The notes: a model not told the origin generated them from the letters alone. Shown: positions 9,924 to 18,713, counted from the stretch's first letter. The stretch is 62,651 bases of DNA from Bacillota bacterium (GCA_012840855.1 DUVX01000150.1:1-62651), one strand, 5' to 3'. Numbers and translations are program-made.

Positions 9924-10370
9924 TTAACGGCAGAGCATCAGGTAGCCCCCTAGGGCCAGAAGAGCCAGGCCTGACGCTTTCCAGAGGGTGAAGGGCGCTC
10001 TCTCCAGGCCGAAGAGGCCGTAGTGATCGATCACCAGGGCGGTAACGAGCTGGCCGATAATAATCGCAGTGGTGGCGTTGGCCACACCGGCGCGGGGGAT
10101 GCTCAGGACAACGCCAAAGATGATCAGTACTCCCAGCGCCCCCCCTAAGTAGGTGTACCAGGGAGCCGCTTTGATCAGGGCGATGTTACCCGAGCCTAGC
10201 CTGAAAAGATAAAGAGCAGCGAGAATCACGGCGATGCCGACAGCATGGACGATAAAGGTAGCTTCGAGTGTGCCGATAATCTTGCCGAGGGCAGCGTTGA
10301 GCGAACCCTGGAGGGCCATGGCGATGCCGGCCAGGGCGGCGACAATCAAGGCGAAAAAAGGGATCTCCAT
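9924..10370 (-). CDS. DMT-superfamily small membrane transporter (DUF606/YdcZ-like)
   Basis: 148 aa, 4-5 TM segments, ...ALQGSLNAALGK... motif. AGGAGGG SD on the minus strand. Confidence 0.75.
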   Translation of the reverse strand: MEIPFFALIVAALAGIAMALQGSLNAALGKIIGTLEATFIVHAVGIAVILAALYLFRLGSGNIALIKAAPWYTYLGGALGVLIIFGVVLSIPRAGVANATTAIIIGQLVTALVIDHYGLFGLERAPFTLWKASGLALLALGGYLMLCR

Positions 10371-10660
10371 TTGTCAGGCCCTCCTGTCACCCCATATTTT
10401 TGCTTTTTCGCAGTATTATATTCTTTCGCCGCGATCTCATCGCTGAGAAAGCATAGATCTGGTTATCCTAACATATGAATTCGGGGAGATTATGATCGTG
10501 CCGGCAGGAGCCCGGGGCCGAAGGGGTGCTTGCAGATCGTTAAAAAATGTTATACGATAAACTGCGGATATGCCGGATAGCAGATCGGCAGATAGATAGC
10601 CTTCAACAGGCTATTGAACAGTAGCCTTAAAGAATTCACTACATTTGGGAGGGTTACACG

Positions 10661-11650
10661 ATGATCAAAGTAGGAATCAACGGTTTTGGGCGGATCGGCC
10701 GCCTGACTCTGCGCGCCTCGCTGGCGCAGGACAACTTCAAAGTTGTCGCTATCAACGATCTTGTTGACAGCGCCACACTGGCCCATCTGCTGCAGTATGA
10801 TTCGGTCTATGGTAAACTCGATGCCCCGGTTAAGGCGGATGCGGAGGGCCTCATTGTGGGCGAAGATCGCATTCGCGTATTTTCGGAGAGGGAGCCGGCG
10901 CAGATACCCTGGCGGGAGAGCGGGGTAGACCTGGTGGTGGAGTCAACAGGCCGTTTCCGGACCCGTGATACGGCTTCCGCGCACCTGGAAGCAGGGGCCC
11001 GCCGGGTGATCATCACGGCGCCAGCCGAATCCGATGTGATGATCGTGCTCGGGGTGAACGAGGAGCGGTATGATCCCCGGGAGCATTTAATTATCTCCAA
11101 TGCCTCCTGTACCACCAATGCCCTGGCTCCGGTGGTGAAGGTGTTGCACGACAGCTTCGGGCTGCGCAAGGGCCTGATGAATACGACCCATGCCTATACC
11201 AATGATCAGGTGCTCCTGGATCTGCCCCATCCCGATCTGCGGCGTGCCCGGGCGGCGCTTTCGATGATTCCCACAACGACGGGAGCGGCTAAGGCGGTAG
11301 GCCTGGTTATCCCCGAACTGAAGGGTAGGATCGACGGCTTTGCCGTACGGGTGCCCTCGCCGAGCGTCTCCCTCGTCGATCTGGTCAGTGAACTGGAGCA
11401 GGATGTTACCCCGGCGGAAGTGAACGAGGCCTTCAAGAAGGCCGCTGCGGGATCAAAATATTTCGCCTACAGCGATGAGCCGCTGGTATCGATCGATTAC
11501 CGGGGCAACCCTTATTCCTCCACTGTTGACGGCCTATCATCCATGGTAGTAGGCGGCAACCTCCTGCGTGTGGTGGCCTGGTATGACAACGAGTGGGCCT
11601 ATTCTTGCCGGGTGGTGGATCTGCTCTCCCTGATAGCGGAGCGCGAATAG
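10661..11650 (+). CDS. gap: type I glyceraldehyde-3-phosphate dehydrogenase
   Basis: MIKVGINGFGRIGR; active site SNASCTTNALAP; GGGAGGG SD. Confidence 0.95.
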   Translation: MIKVGINGFGRIGRLTLRASLAQDNFKVVAINDLVDSATLAHLLQYDSVYGKLDAPVKADAEGLIVGEDRIRVFSEREPAQIPWRESGVDLVVESTGRFRTRDTASAHLEAGARRVIITAPAESDVMIVLGVNEERYDPREHLIISNASCTTNALAPVVKVLHDSFGLRKGLMNTTHAYTNDQVLLDLPHPDLRRARAALSMIPTTTGAAKAVGLVIPELKGRIDGFAVRVPSPSVSLVDLVSELEQDVTPAEVNEAFKKAAAGSKYFAYSDEPLVSIDYRGNPYSSTVDGLSSMVVGGNLLRVVAWYDNEWAYSCRVVDLLSLIAERE

Positions 11651-11750
11651 GCAGGCAGCAATAACCGGGGCGTGTCATATAGTATTAAAGAAGGGGTCTG
11701 ATCCGACTTACTTCGATCGATCTGGAGCGCCGCGGTTCTGGCGTCTCCGG

Positions 11751-12587
11751 ATGAAAAGGAGCAGAGCTGATGTGATTGATTTACAGAGGCAAAGCGGGCT
11801 GCCGCTGTTGTGGGATCCGCTGACCAGGCAGATCGTCTTTAAAGATGAGGCGGCGGCAAGCGCGCCGCCCCCCCATATACGCCACCGGCAGGATATTTCA
11901 GCGGTGCTTTATGATCGCCAGGCCGGGGAAATAGAAGAACTTTACTATATGTACCGCGATATAGCGCTGGACGAAGATCGCGAGCTAGTCAGGCGTAGCG
12001 GCCTGCGCTACGATATAACTGTCATCGTGCCCGGCAGGTTGGGGGACGAATATGTGAAAACGGCGGGGCACTACCATCCAGAGAAGGCGGGTACGGGGCT
12101 GACCTATCCGGAGGTATACGAGGTGTTACACGGGCGGGCTCATTACCTGCTGCAGCGTCCCCACCCTGGGGAGACCGGGCAGCTCGATTCTGTGATCCTC
12201 ATCGCGGCGAAACCGGGCGATAAGGTGCTGATCCCCCCCCACTTCGGCCATATCACGATCAATCCCGGTGACGACTACCTGGTCATGAGCAACTGGGTGG
12301 CCCGGGAGTTCTCCTCCGTTTACGAGCCCATGCGGGAGAGCGGCGGCGGCGCCTATTTTGAGCTTTATACCGACGAGGGCCCCGAATTTTTGGCCAACCC
12401 GTGCTACCGGGAGCTGCCGCCCCTGCAGCGCTGTCCGGTGACTCCGGTGCCGCAGCTGAATCTGATCACCGGTTATCCGCTCTATCGCCTTTTTCAGGAA
12501 AATCGTGAAGCGCTTGATTTCCTGGTCTCCCCCGAAAATTATGTTGCTATTTTTGAAAACTATCTGCAGCAGATGCTGGCCGGCTGA
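11751..12587 (+). CDS. cupin-type (archaeal-type) glucose-6-phosphate isomerase family protein
   Basis: cPGI signatures T-A-G-H-Y-H-x11-E-V-Y and I-P-P-H-F-G-H-I-T-I-N. An alternative start at GTG 11772 lies 10 nt after AAAGGAG. Confidence 0.8.
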   Translation: MKRSRADVIDLQRQSGLPLLWDPLTRQIVFKDEAAASAPPPHIRHRQDISAVLYDRQAGEIEELYYMYRDIALDEDRELVRRSGLRYDITVIVPGRLGDEYVKTAGHYHPEKAGTGLTYPEVYEVLHGRAHYLLQRPHPGETGQLDSVILIAAKPGDKVLIPPHFGHITINPGDDYLVMSNWVAREFSSVYEPMRESGGGAYFELYTDEGPEFLANPCYRELPPLQRCPVTPVPQLNLITGYPLYRLFQENREALDFLVSPENYVAIFENYLQQMLAG

Positions 12588-12611
12588 AAGGCCTGGACGG
12601 TGCCGGCCCGG

Positions 12612-12646
12612 AGGGGATTGCTCTCACCAGGGGCGATCCCCTTTTT
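12612..12646 (+). terminator. intrinsic terminator after the PGI gene
   Basis: AGGGGAT...ATCCCCT stem followed by TTTTT. Confidence 0.55.
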
Positions 12647-12652
12647 AAAAAA

Positions 12653-12661
12653 TGATATAAT
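12653..12661 (+). promoter_or_regulatory. extended -10 (TGaTATAAT) for the homocysteine cluster
   Basis: TGATATAAT lies 34 nt before ATG 12695. The -35 is weak. Confidence 0.35.
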
Positions 12662-12694
12662 CCAGATATAAAGATCTCGAGGAGGCGGCCCTGC

Positions 12695-13912
12695 ATGGGG
12701 AAAGAGAGAACCTACGAGGAGATTAATCAAAAGATTCGCACCGGCAAGGCGGTGGTCTTAACCGCCGAAGAGGTGCTGGATCTGATAGCGGAAAAAGGGG
12801 TCTCCGGAGCAGCCAAGAGAGTCGATGTGGTAACTACGGGCACTTTCGGCCCGATGTGCTCTTCGGGCCTCTTTCTGAATTTTGGGCATCCCCGGCCGCG
12901 CATCAAGATGAGCGAGGTATATTTAAATGGGGTCCCCGCTTACGCCGGAATAGCGGCGGTGGATGCGTACCTGGGAGCGACGGCCCTACCGCCGGGTGAT
13001 CCGCGGAACCGGGATCATCCCGGTGAATTTATCTACGGAGGCGGCCATGTCATCGAAGATCTGGTGGCGGGCAAGGAGATTCGCCTGGAAGCGCATGGTT
13101 ACGGGACAGACTGTTACCCCTCAAAAAAGGTCGAGACATCTTTCCGGCTTTCCGAAATCAACGAGGCCACGCTGTACAATCCGCGCAATTGCTACCAAAA
13201 TTACAGCGCGGCAGTGAACCTGGGGCAGAAAACGATCTATACCTATATGGGGATTTTAAAGCCGCGGCTGGGAAACGCCTATTACAGCTCCGCCGGCCAG
13301 CTGAGCCCCCTGCTCAATGACCCCCTTTTGAAAACAATCGGCATCGGCACGCGGATTTTCCTCGGTGGCGGCGAGGGTTATATCGCCTGGCATGGCACCC
13401 AGCATAACCCTTCGGCGGCGAGAGGTGAAAACAAGGTGCCGCTGGGCCCGGCGGCGACAATTGCGGTAGTGGGAGACTTGAAGAAGATGCACTGGCGCTG
13501 GCTGAGAGGGCTGAGCTTTCTCGGCTACGGTGCAACTTTAAAGGTGGGTCTGGGCATCCCCATCCCCATACTCAATGAGGAGATTATGTCATACTGCGCG
13601 GTAAGGGATGAAGAGATCTACACCCAGGTGGTCGATTTTGGCCGGGACTACCCTCATGGGGAGAGCAGCGAGCTGGGTCTGGTCAGCTATGCAGAGCTGA
13701 AAAGCGGCACTGTCCGGATCTGCGATCGCGATGTGCCGGCAGCATCGCTCTCCAGTTATGCCGGAGCCAGGGAGATCGCCGGGATATTGAAGGGATGGAT
13801 CCAGGCGGGTGATTTTACACTCACCCCCCCTGCAGCGCCGCTGCCCTCGGCAGAGGCGGGGATCAAGCTGCAGCCGCTGCCCCAGCGTAATCCCTATCCA
13901 GGAGGAATGTAA
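12695..13912 (+). CDS. homocysteine biosynthesis protein, DUF39/COG1900 family (MA1821/MJ0100-like, no CBS domains)
   Basis: The N-terminus ...YEEINQKIRTGKAVVLTAEEVLDLI... is typical of COG1900. It is directly followed by the NIL-ferredoxin partner. Confidence 0.8.
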   Translation: MGKERTYEEINQKIRTGKAVVLTAEEVLDLIAEKGVSGAAKRVDVVTTGTFGPMCSSGLFLNFGHPRPRIKMSEVYLNGVPAYAGIAAVDAYLGATALPPGDPRNRDHPGEFIYGGGHVIEDLVAGKEIRLEAHGYGTDCYPSKKVETSFRLSEINEATLYNPRNCYQNYSAAVNLGQKTIYTYMGILKPRLGNAYYSSAGQLSPLLNDPLLKTIGIGTRIFLGGGEGYIAWHGTQHNPSAARGENKVPLGPAATIAVVGDLKKMHWRWLRGLSFLGYGATLKVGLGIPIPILNEEIMSYCAVRDEEIYTQVVDFGRDYPHGESSELGLVSYAELKSGTVRICDRDVPAASLSSYAGAREIAGILKGWIQAGDFTLTPPAAPLPSAEAGIKLQPLPQRNPYPGGM

Positions 13913-14335
13913 ATGGCTGTTAAGCAGAAGCTGGTCTTTCGGTTCCCCTCCTCCGTGGTGGAGCAACCGATCATCTATCGCCTGGTCAAGGACTTCGATC
14001 TAATGGTAAATATATTGCGGGCCGATATCAACCCGAATAAAGAAGGGCGGCTCATGCTCGAGCTCAGCGGCAGCGAGTCGGACTACCGGCGTGCCATCGA
14101 ATGGCTCCGCAGCGAGGGCCTCAGGATCATGAATCTGAAACAGCAGATTATCTGGAACGAGGACCGCTGCACGCAATGCGGCGCCTGCAGCGTCATCTGC
14201 CCTTCCGGTGCACTCGGTTTGAGGCGCCCGGAGATGAGGGTCAGTTTTGAGGAAGACCGCTGCATTGTCTGCGAACTGTGCCTGAAAGCCTGCCCCGCCC
14301 GGGCGATGGAGAGCCTCATTGAAGATAGGGGATGA
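13913..14335 (+). CDS. NIL-domain 2x[4Fe-4S] ferredoxin (MA1822-like)
   Basis: N-terminal NIL domain, then CTQCGACSVICP and CIVCELCLKACP. Its ATG abuts the upstream TAA. Confidence 0.8.
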   Translation: MAVKQKLVFRFPSSVVEQPIIYRLVKDFDLMVNILRADINPNKEGRLMLELSGSESDYRRAIEWLRSEGLRIMNLKQQIIWNEDRCTQCGACSVICPSGALGLRRPEMRVSFEEDRCIVCELCLKACPARAMESLIEDRG

Positions 14336-15066
14336 GCGCGAGGCGGCTTTACCGGGAAAGCGCCGGCCGAAGAAACTTCAAGGCCTTTACGGTGACGGTC
14401 AAGGAGACGGACCTGTGGATAGCGGTACCTCGGGATGGTTTCACAGAAACGCTGCCCGCCGGGATCGAAGAGCTGGTCTGGCGCACTCGCAGAGAGCTGG
14501 AGTCCTATATCAGCGCTGATCCCGAATTTGCCCGCACCCGGGAGCCCTACCTGGTGCCCGGAAATGCGCCGAAGATCGTCCTCAATATGGTCCGCGCCGG
14601 TAATGCAGCCGGGGTGGGTCCTATGGCCGCGGTGGCCGGAGCGCTGGCGGAAATTGTCGGGAGGAGTCTGCTCCGCCATCGGGACCAGGTTATTGTCGAA
14701 AACGGCGGCGATATTTTCTGGAGCGCTGTCGAACCGCTAAAAGTGGCGATCCTTGCCGGCAGTTCACCTCTAAGTAAAAAGATCGCCCTTCTTGTCGAAC
14801 CCGCCGGTCCTTGCGGGCTGTGTACCTCTTCGGGAACCAGCGGTCATGCCTTTAGCGAGGGGCGGGCTGACGCCGCTGTGATCCTCTCTCCATCCGCCGC
14901 CCTGGCCGATGCAGCGGCAACGGCCGTGGGGAACCGGGTGCGGTGTCCCGCCGATCTGGAGGAAGCGCTCTCTTTTGCACGGCAGATCGACGGTGTCGCC
15001 GGCGCAGCGATTATCTGCGGTGATCAGGTGGCCCTATGGGGTCGGCTTCAGCTTCAGCCCCTTTAA
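14332..15066 (+). CDS. UPF0280 / COG2122 (ApbE-like) protein
   Basis: ...FKAFTVTVKETDLWIAV... is a typical UPF0280 N-terminus. ATGA overlap with the ferredoxin gene. Confidence 0.75.
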   Translation: MSARRLYRESAGRRNFKAFTVTVKETDLWIAVPRDGFTETLPAGIEELVWRTRRELESYISADPEFARTREPYLVPGNAPKIVLNMVRAGNAAGVGPMAAVAGALAEIVGRSLLRHRDQVIVENGGDIFWSAVEPLKVAILAGSSPLSKKIALLVEPAGPCGLCTSSGTSGHAFSEGRADAAVILSPSAALADAAATAVGNRVRCPADLEEALSFARQIDGVAGAAIICGDQVALWGRLQLQPL

Positions 15067-15160
15067 TGGATTCGCAACGAAATGAGGGGAAAGCTCCCTT
15101 CCGGCCCACCGGTATACGCTTGAATGCATCGCTCTTTTCGGTTATAATAATTTTGCAATT

Positions 15161-15236
15161 GCCGGCATAGCTCAATTGGTAGAGCAGCTGAATCGTAATC
15201 AGCATGTTGGGGGTTCGAGTCCTCTTGCCGGCTCCA
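15161..15236 (+). tRNA. tRNA-Thr (anticodon CGU)
   Basis: Folded by hand into a cloverleaf: acceptor GCCGGCA/TGCCGGC, D arm GCTC..GAGC, anticodon stem GCTGA/TCAGC with loop ATCGTAA, T loop TTCGAGT, encoded CCA. Confidence 0.9.
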
Positions 15237-15244
15237 CAGCAGGG

Positions 15245-15273
15245 GCGGCGGCCATCAAGGCCGCCGCTTTTTT
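15245..15273 (+). terminator. intrinsic terminator after tRNA-Thr
   Basis: GCGGCGGCC-atcaa-GGCCGCCGC followed by TTTTTT. Confidence 0.8.
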
Positions 15274-15343
15274 GCCACCGGGAATATTTATGTCGAAATT
15301 GTTCAAAATAAGGGATAACTCTAGGTGAAGGAGGCTGATCCCG

Positions 15344-15511
15344 ATGGCTGACATGCTGGTGACCCTGACGGAGACAAGAGAAAACCTTTTAAGAGAGTAT
15401 GTAATCGCCAGGGGTGCGGAAAAGGCGACAGTGCTGGCCAAGATTCTCGAAGTGGAAGCGGAGATCGAGGATGAAAAGAAAAGGCGACAGGTGGCTGAGA
15501 CGCTGGTTTAA
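15344..15511 (+). CDS. 55-aa hypothetical protein (below the ORF-track length cutoff)
   Basis: ATG lies 9 nt after GGTGAAGGAGG. Translation is MADMLVTLTETRENLLREYVIARGAEKATVLAKILEVEAEIEDEKKRRQVAETLV*. It has its own terminator downstream, and the tRNA terminator lies upstream. Confidence 0.5.
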   Translation: MADMLVTLTETRENLLREYVIARGAEKATVLAKILEVEAEIEDEKKRRQVAETLV

Positions 15512-15535
15512 GAAATTGACAGATAACTTTCTGGC

Positions 15536-15559
15536 GGCGGGCTCGCGCCCGCCATTTTT
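15536..15559 (+). terminator. intrinsic terminator after the 55-aa ORF
   Basis: GGCGGGC-tcgc-GCCCGCC followed by ATTTTT. Confidence 0.7.
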
Positions 15560-15595
15560 CTGTCTGCTCCAGAGCTATTCTCCCGCACTGTATGT

Positions 15596-15624
15596 TTGCC
15601 GCTAAAGAAAAAATATAGTATGAT
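15596..15624 (+). promoter_or_regulatory. candidate sigma-A promoter of the MoxR operon
   Basis: TTGCCG, a 17-nt spacer, then TATGAT. Confidence 0.4.
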
Positions 15625-15632
15625 TAATCGGA

Positions 15633-15647
15633 AAGATCAATGATCTT
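15633..15647. promoter_or_regulatory. 15-bp perfect palindrome (candidate operator) between the promoter and the MoxR SD
   Basis: AAGATCA-A-TGATCTT, 9 nt downstream of the -10 and just upstream of GGGAGG. Confidence 0.3.
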
Positions 15648-15661
15648 AGCGGGAGGTTGCC

Positions 15662-16576
15662 ATGGAAGTGGAACTGGCACAGCTGCGGCGGGGTTTTGAT
15701 GATGTCGGTTATATCTGCGATGAGAGCGCGCTGCTAACAGTATACCTGGCCCTGAGGCTGCAAAAACCTCTGCTCATCGAGGGAGCCCCGGGGGTGGGTA
15801 AGACCGAGCTGGGGAAAACGCTGGCGCAGGTTTTAAGGACGGAATTGATCCGCCTGCAATGTTACGAGGGGCTCGACGAAACAAAGGCGCTCTATGAGTG
15901 GAACTATCAGCGCCAGCTGCTGCGCATCCAGATCGACTGCCTTTTGGAGGGGGATCGTCTTGCCGAGGATGATCTGTTTTCTCTCTCCTACCTGCTGGAA
16001 AGGCCCCTGTTGAAAGCGATCCGCGCCCCGGAGAGGAGGGTTCTGCTCATCGATGAAATTGATAAATGCGATCCCGAATTTGAGGCCTTTTTGCTGGAGG
16101 TGCTCTCCGATTTCCAGATCTCCATCCCCGAACTGGGGACGCTGCATGCAGAGACTATCCCCGCCGTTGTCCTGACCAGCAACAACGAGCGTGAACTCTC
16201 CGACGGCCTGAAACGGCGCTGCCTCTATCTTTACTTCAGCTTTCCCGATGTGCTCCGCGAGTCCCGGATCATCCGCACCCGCGTCCCTGAGGTGGGCGAG
16301 CGCTTTGCTGTGGAGATCGCCAGGGTGATTGCGCATATCCGCAGCCTGGAGGAGCTGCGTAAAAAACCCTCCATCGCCGAGACGCTGGACTGGGCCCGGG
16401 CCCTCGTGGCCCTGGATAAAAAAAGAGTCGACGGAGCGCTGGTCGACGACACTCTCAACCTGCTGCTGAAAAACCGCCAGGATCAGCTCCTTTTTCACCG
16501 GCAGATCGGGAGGGAAGGCGTAGAGCAGCTGTTGCAGCAGCCCGCCGGGCTGGGAGAGGACAGGGAATGCCGCTGA
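15662..16576 (+). CDS. MoxR-family AAA+ ATPase (CoxD-like)
   Basis: Walker A GAPGVGKT, Walker B LLIDEIDK, ...LQCYEGLDETKALYEWNY... It is paired with a CoxE-type VWA gene. Confidence 0.85.
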   Translation: MEVELAQLRRGFDDVGYICDESALLTVYLALRLQKPLLIEGAPGVGKTELGKTLAQVLRTELIRLQCYEGLDETKALYEWNYQRQLLRIQIDCLLEGDRLAEDDLFSLSYLLERPLLKAIRAPERRVLLIDEIDKCDPEFEAFLLEVLSDFQISIPELGTLHAETIPAVVLTSNNERELSDGLKRRCLYLYFSFPDVLRESRIIRTRVPEVGERFAVEIARVIAHIRSLEELRKKPSIAETLDWARALVALDKKRVDGALVDDTLNLLLKNRQDQLLFHRQIGREGVEQLLQQPAGLGEDRECR

Positions 16577-17961
16577 CACCAGGCCGCTACTTTGAAGAAA
16601 ATATGGCCTTATTTGCTGCACTGCTGCGGAGCGAAGGCCTTCTGCTCGGCACGGCGGAGCTTCTCGACGCCCTGCAATCGCTCCGCCACATCGATATTGC
16701 CGATCGCGCTTCCTTCAAGACGGCGTTGCGGGCCACCTTGGTAAAAAATGAGCGGGATCTGGAGATCTTCGATCGCTCTTTTGAGCGTTTTTTTGTCCCC
16801 CAGGCAGCGCAGGAGCGGCAATTTCGCGAGACGACGCGGCTCAGGGAGGAGCGCGAGAGCAGGCTGGCTGAGGCTGCTGAGGAGCTCTCCTTCAAGGGCG
16901 AGCCGCTACCGCTGTCAACGGAGGAGATGCTGCTTTACACCTCCTTAAACGATGATCAGCGACGGAATCTGCAGCGCTTTGTTCAGGAGACGGAGGCTGC
17001 CGAGAGGGAAAGTCAGCCGCTGCGCCCCCTCCTGGAGACGGTGGTTAAAGGGCACCTGCGTTACTGGCACAGCCGCAGGGAGCAGCTGTCCGCGGAAGAG
17101 GGAAACGGCAGGGGCGAGGGCGGGGGCGAGGGCGGGGTTACCCGGAGATCGGCCGATAGGAACAGGCGCCTGCGTGAATCCGATATCCGGATGCTCCGCG
17201 AGCCCGATCTGCCGAAGGCAAGGGCTCTGCTCGACCGACTTTCCCGTCAGCTTCTGCGGCGGCTGGTCTATCAGCGCCAGAGAAGCGCTACCCGCGGCGC
17301 CCTTGATTTTCGCCGCACCATGCGGGCCAATATGCGTTTCGGCGGGCGCCCTTTCCTGTTGAAACACCGCCGCCGCCGTCGTTCGCAACTGCAGCTGCTC
17401 TTGCTGGGCGATCTTTCCGCCTCGATGAAGCGCTACAGCAGCTTCGTTCTACAATTTTTTTACGGCTTGCAGACGGTGGTCACAAATCTGGAGATGTTCT
17501 CTTTTGCCGATACTCTCGAATACCTCACTCCCGCCCTGAGGGAGCAAGGCGGGCTGGATCAGGTTCTAGAGCGGGTGGTTCTACAGGGTCAATCCTGGGG
17601 CGGGGGTACCAATATCGGGGCGGCGCTGACGGAGCTGCGGGAGGGCTACAGCGAAATGCTGACGCACCGGACCGTCGTGATCGTGGTCAGCGATACGCGA
17701 ACGGTTCAGCTTGACCGGGCGCTGCCGGCGCTGCAGAAGCTAAGGGAACGGGTCCGGCGGGTGCTCTGGTTGAATCCGCTGCCGCCGGAGCAGTGGCCTC
17801 TCTACCGCTCGGTACAGGCGTTCGGCGAGATAGCGGAGATGTGGCCCTGCAATACTATCGCCCAGCTGGAGGAAGCGGTGGCAGGGAGACTGTTTGCCGC
17901 TACTACATATCTAGATCAGGAGGTAGAAAAAGATGACCAAACGTATCGCCATCGCCGGTAA
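16567..17961 (+). CDS. VWA-domain protein, CoxE-like
   Basis: CoxE-type N-terminal region, charged/Gly-rich linker, C-terminal VWA with MIDAS GDLSASM. 10-nt overlap with moxR. Confidence 0.8.
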   Translation: MPLTPGRYFEENMALFAALLRSEGLLLGTAELLDALQSLRHIDIADRASFKTALRATLVKNERDLEIFDRSFERFFVPQAAQERQFRETTRLREERESRLAEAAEELSFKGEPLPLSTEEMLLYTSLNDDQRRNLQRFVQETEAAERESQPLRPLLETVVKGHLRYWHSRREQLSAEEGNGRGEGGGEGGVTRRSADRNRRLRESDIRMLREPDLPKARALLDRLSRQLLRRLVYQRQRSATRGALDFRRTMRANMRFGGRPFLLKHRRRRRSQLQLLLLGDLSASMKRYSSFVLQFFYGLQTVVTNLEMFSFADTLEYLTPALREQGGLDQVLERVVLQGQSWGGGTNIGAALTELREGYSEMLTHRTVVIVVSDTRTVQLDRALPALQKLRERVRRVLWLNPLPPEQWPLYRSVQAFGEIAEMWPCNTIAQLEEAVAGRLFAATTYLDQEVEKDDQTYRHRR

Positions 17962-18688
17962 GGGGGGCACGGGTAAAACGACCCTGGCGGCCCTTTTGAT
18001 CCGCCTGCTGCAGGAAAACCATCCCCAGAAAGCTATCCTCGCAGTGGATGCCGATCCCAACGCCAACCTCAACGAGGCTCTCGGCCTCGAAGTTGAGCAG
18101 ACCATGGCCGATGTTCTGGAGGCGATCAAGAGACCGGGAGGGGTCCCTACGGGGATGACCAAGGATATCTTCGTTCAGTACGAGCTTAACCGCTCCCTTG
18201 TCGAGACGGATCACTATGATCTGCTGGTGATGGGTAACCCGCAGGGCCCGGGATGCTACTGCTATCCCAACGATCTGCTCCGCCGTTTCCTGGAGCAGCT
18301 CAGCGCGAATTATGACTATATGCTGATGGACAATGAGGCCGGTCTGGAGCATCTCAGCCGGAGGGTCCTGCCCGAGGCCGAGATCCTGCTGGTCACCAGC
18401 GATGCTACCGCGCGGGGGATCCGCTCTGCGGGAAGGGTTCATGAGATCATCGATCACCTCAAGCTGAAATTTGAACGGATGGGCCTGGTGATCTCGCGCA
18501 GCCGGCCCGATGAACTGGAGCGGCTCGGGGAGGAGATCGCCCGGACGGGGCTGGAGGTGTGGGGGGAGATCCCCTTCGACGATACGATCATGGACTTCGA
18601 TCTCGAGGGGAAGCCGCTCTTTGAACTTCCCGACAGCTCGCCGGCAGTGCAGGCGGTGGCAAAACTGTATCAGGCGTTGGCGCTATAG
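17933..18688 (+). CDS. CooC-like MinD/ParA-class ATPase (Ni-insertion accessory protein family)
   Basis: Deviant Walker A GKGGTGKTT. CxC metal motif in GPGCYCYPN. AGGAGG SD. 29-nt overlap with the VWA gene. Confidence 0.75.
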   Translation: MTKRIAIAGKGGTGKTTLAALLIRLLQENHPQKAILAVDADPNANLNEALGLEVEQTMADVLEAIKRPGGVPTGMTKDIFVQYELNRSLVETDHYDLLVMGNPQGPGCYCYPNDLLRRFLEQLSANYDYMLMDNEAGLEHLSRRVLPEAEILLVTSDATARGIRSAGRVHEIIDHLKLKFERMGLVISRSRPDELERLGEEIARTGLEVWGEIPFDDTIMDFDLEGKPLFELPDSSPAVQAVAKLYQALAL

Positions 18689-18713
18689 AATACGCCGGTG
18701 GGGGGGTTCTGTC

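Noticed and set aside
10234-10478. Two overlapping 70-77-aa + strand ORFs at the DMT 5' end and the DMT-gap spacer
   Set aside because: They overlap the DMT gene in antisense. They have no SD and improbable composition.
15011-15441. Minus-strand ORFs 15011..15205 and 15199..15441
   Set aside because: They run through tRNA-Thr and its terminator, so they are artefacts.
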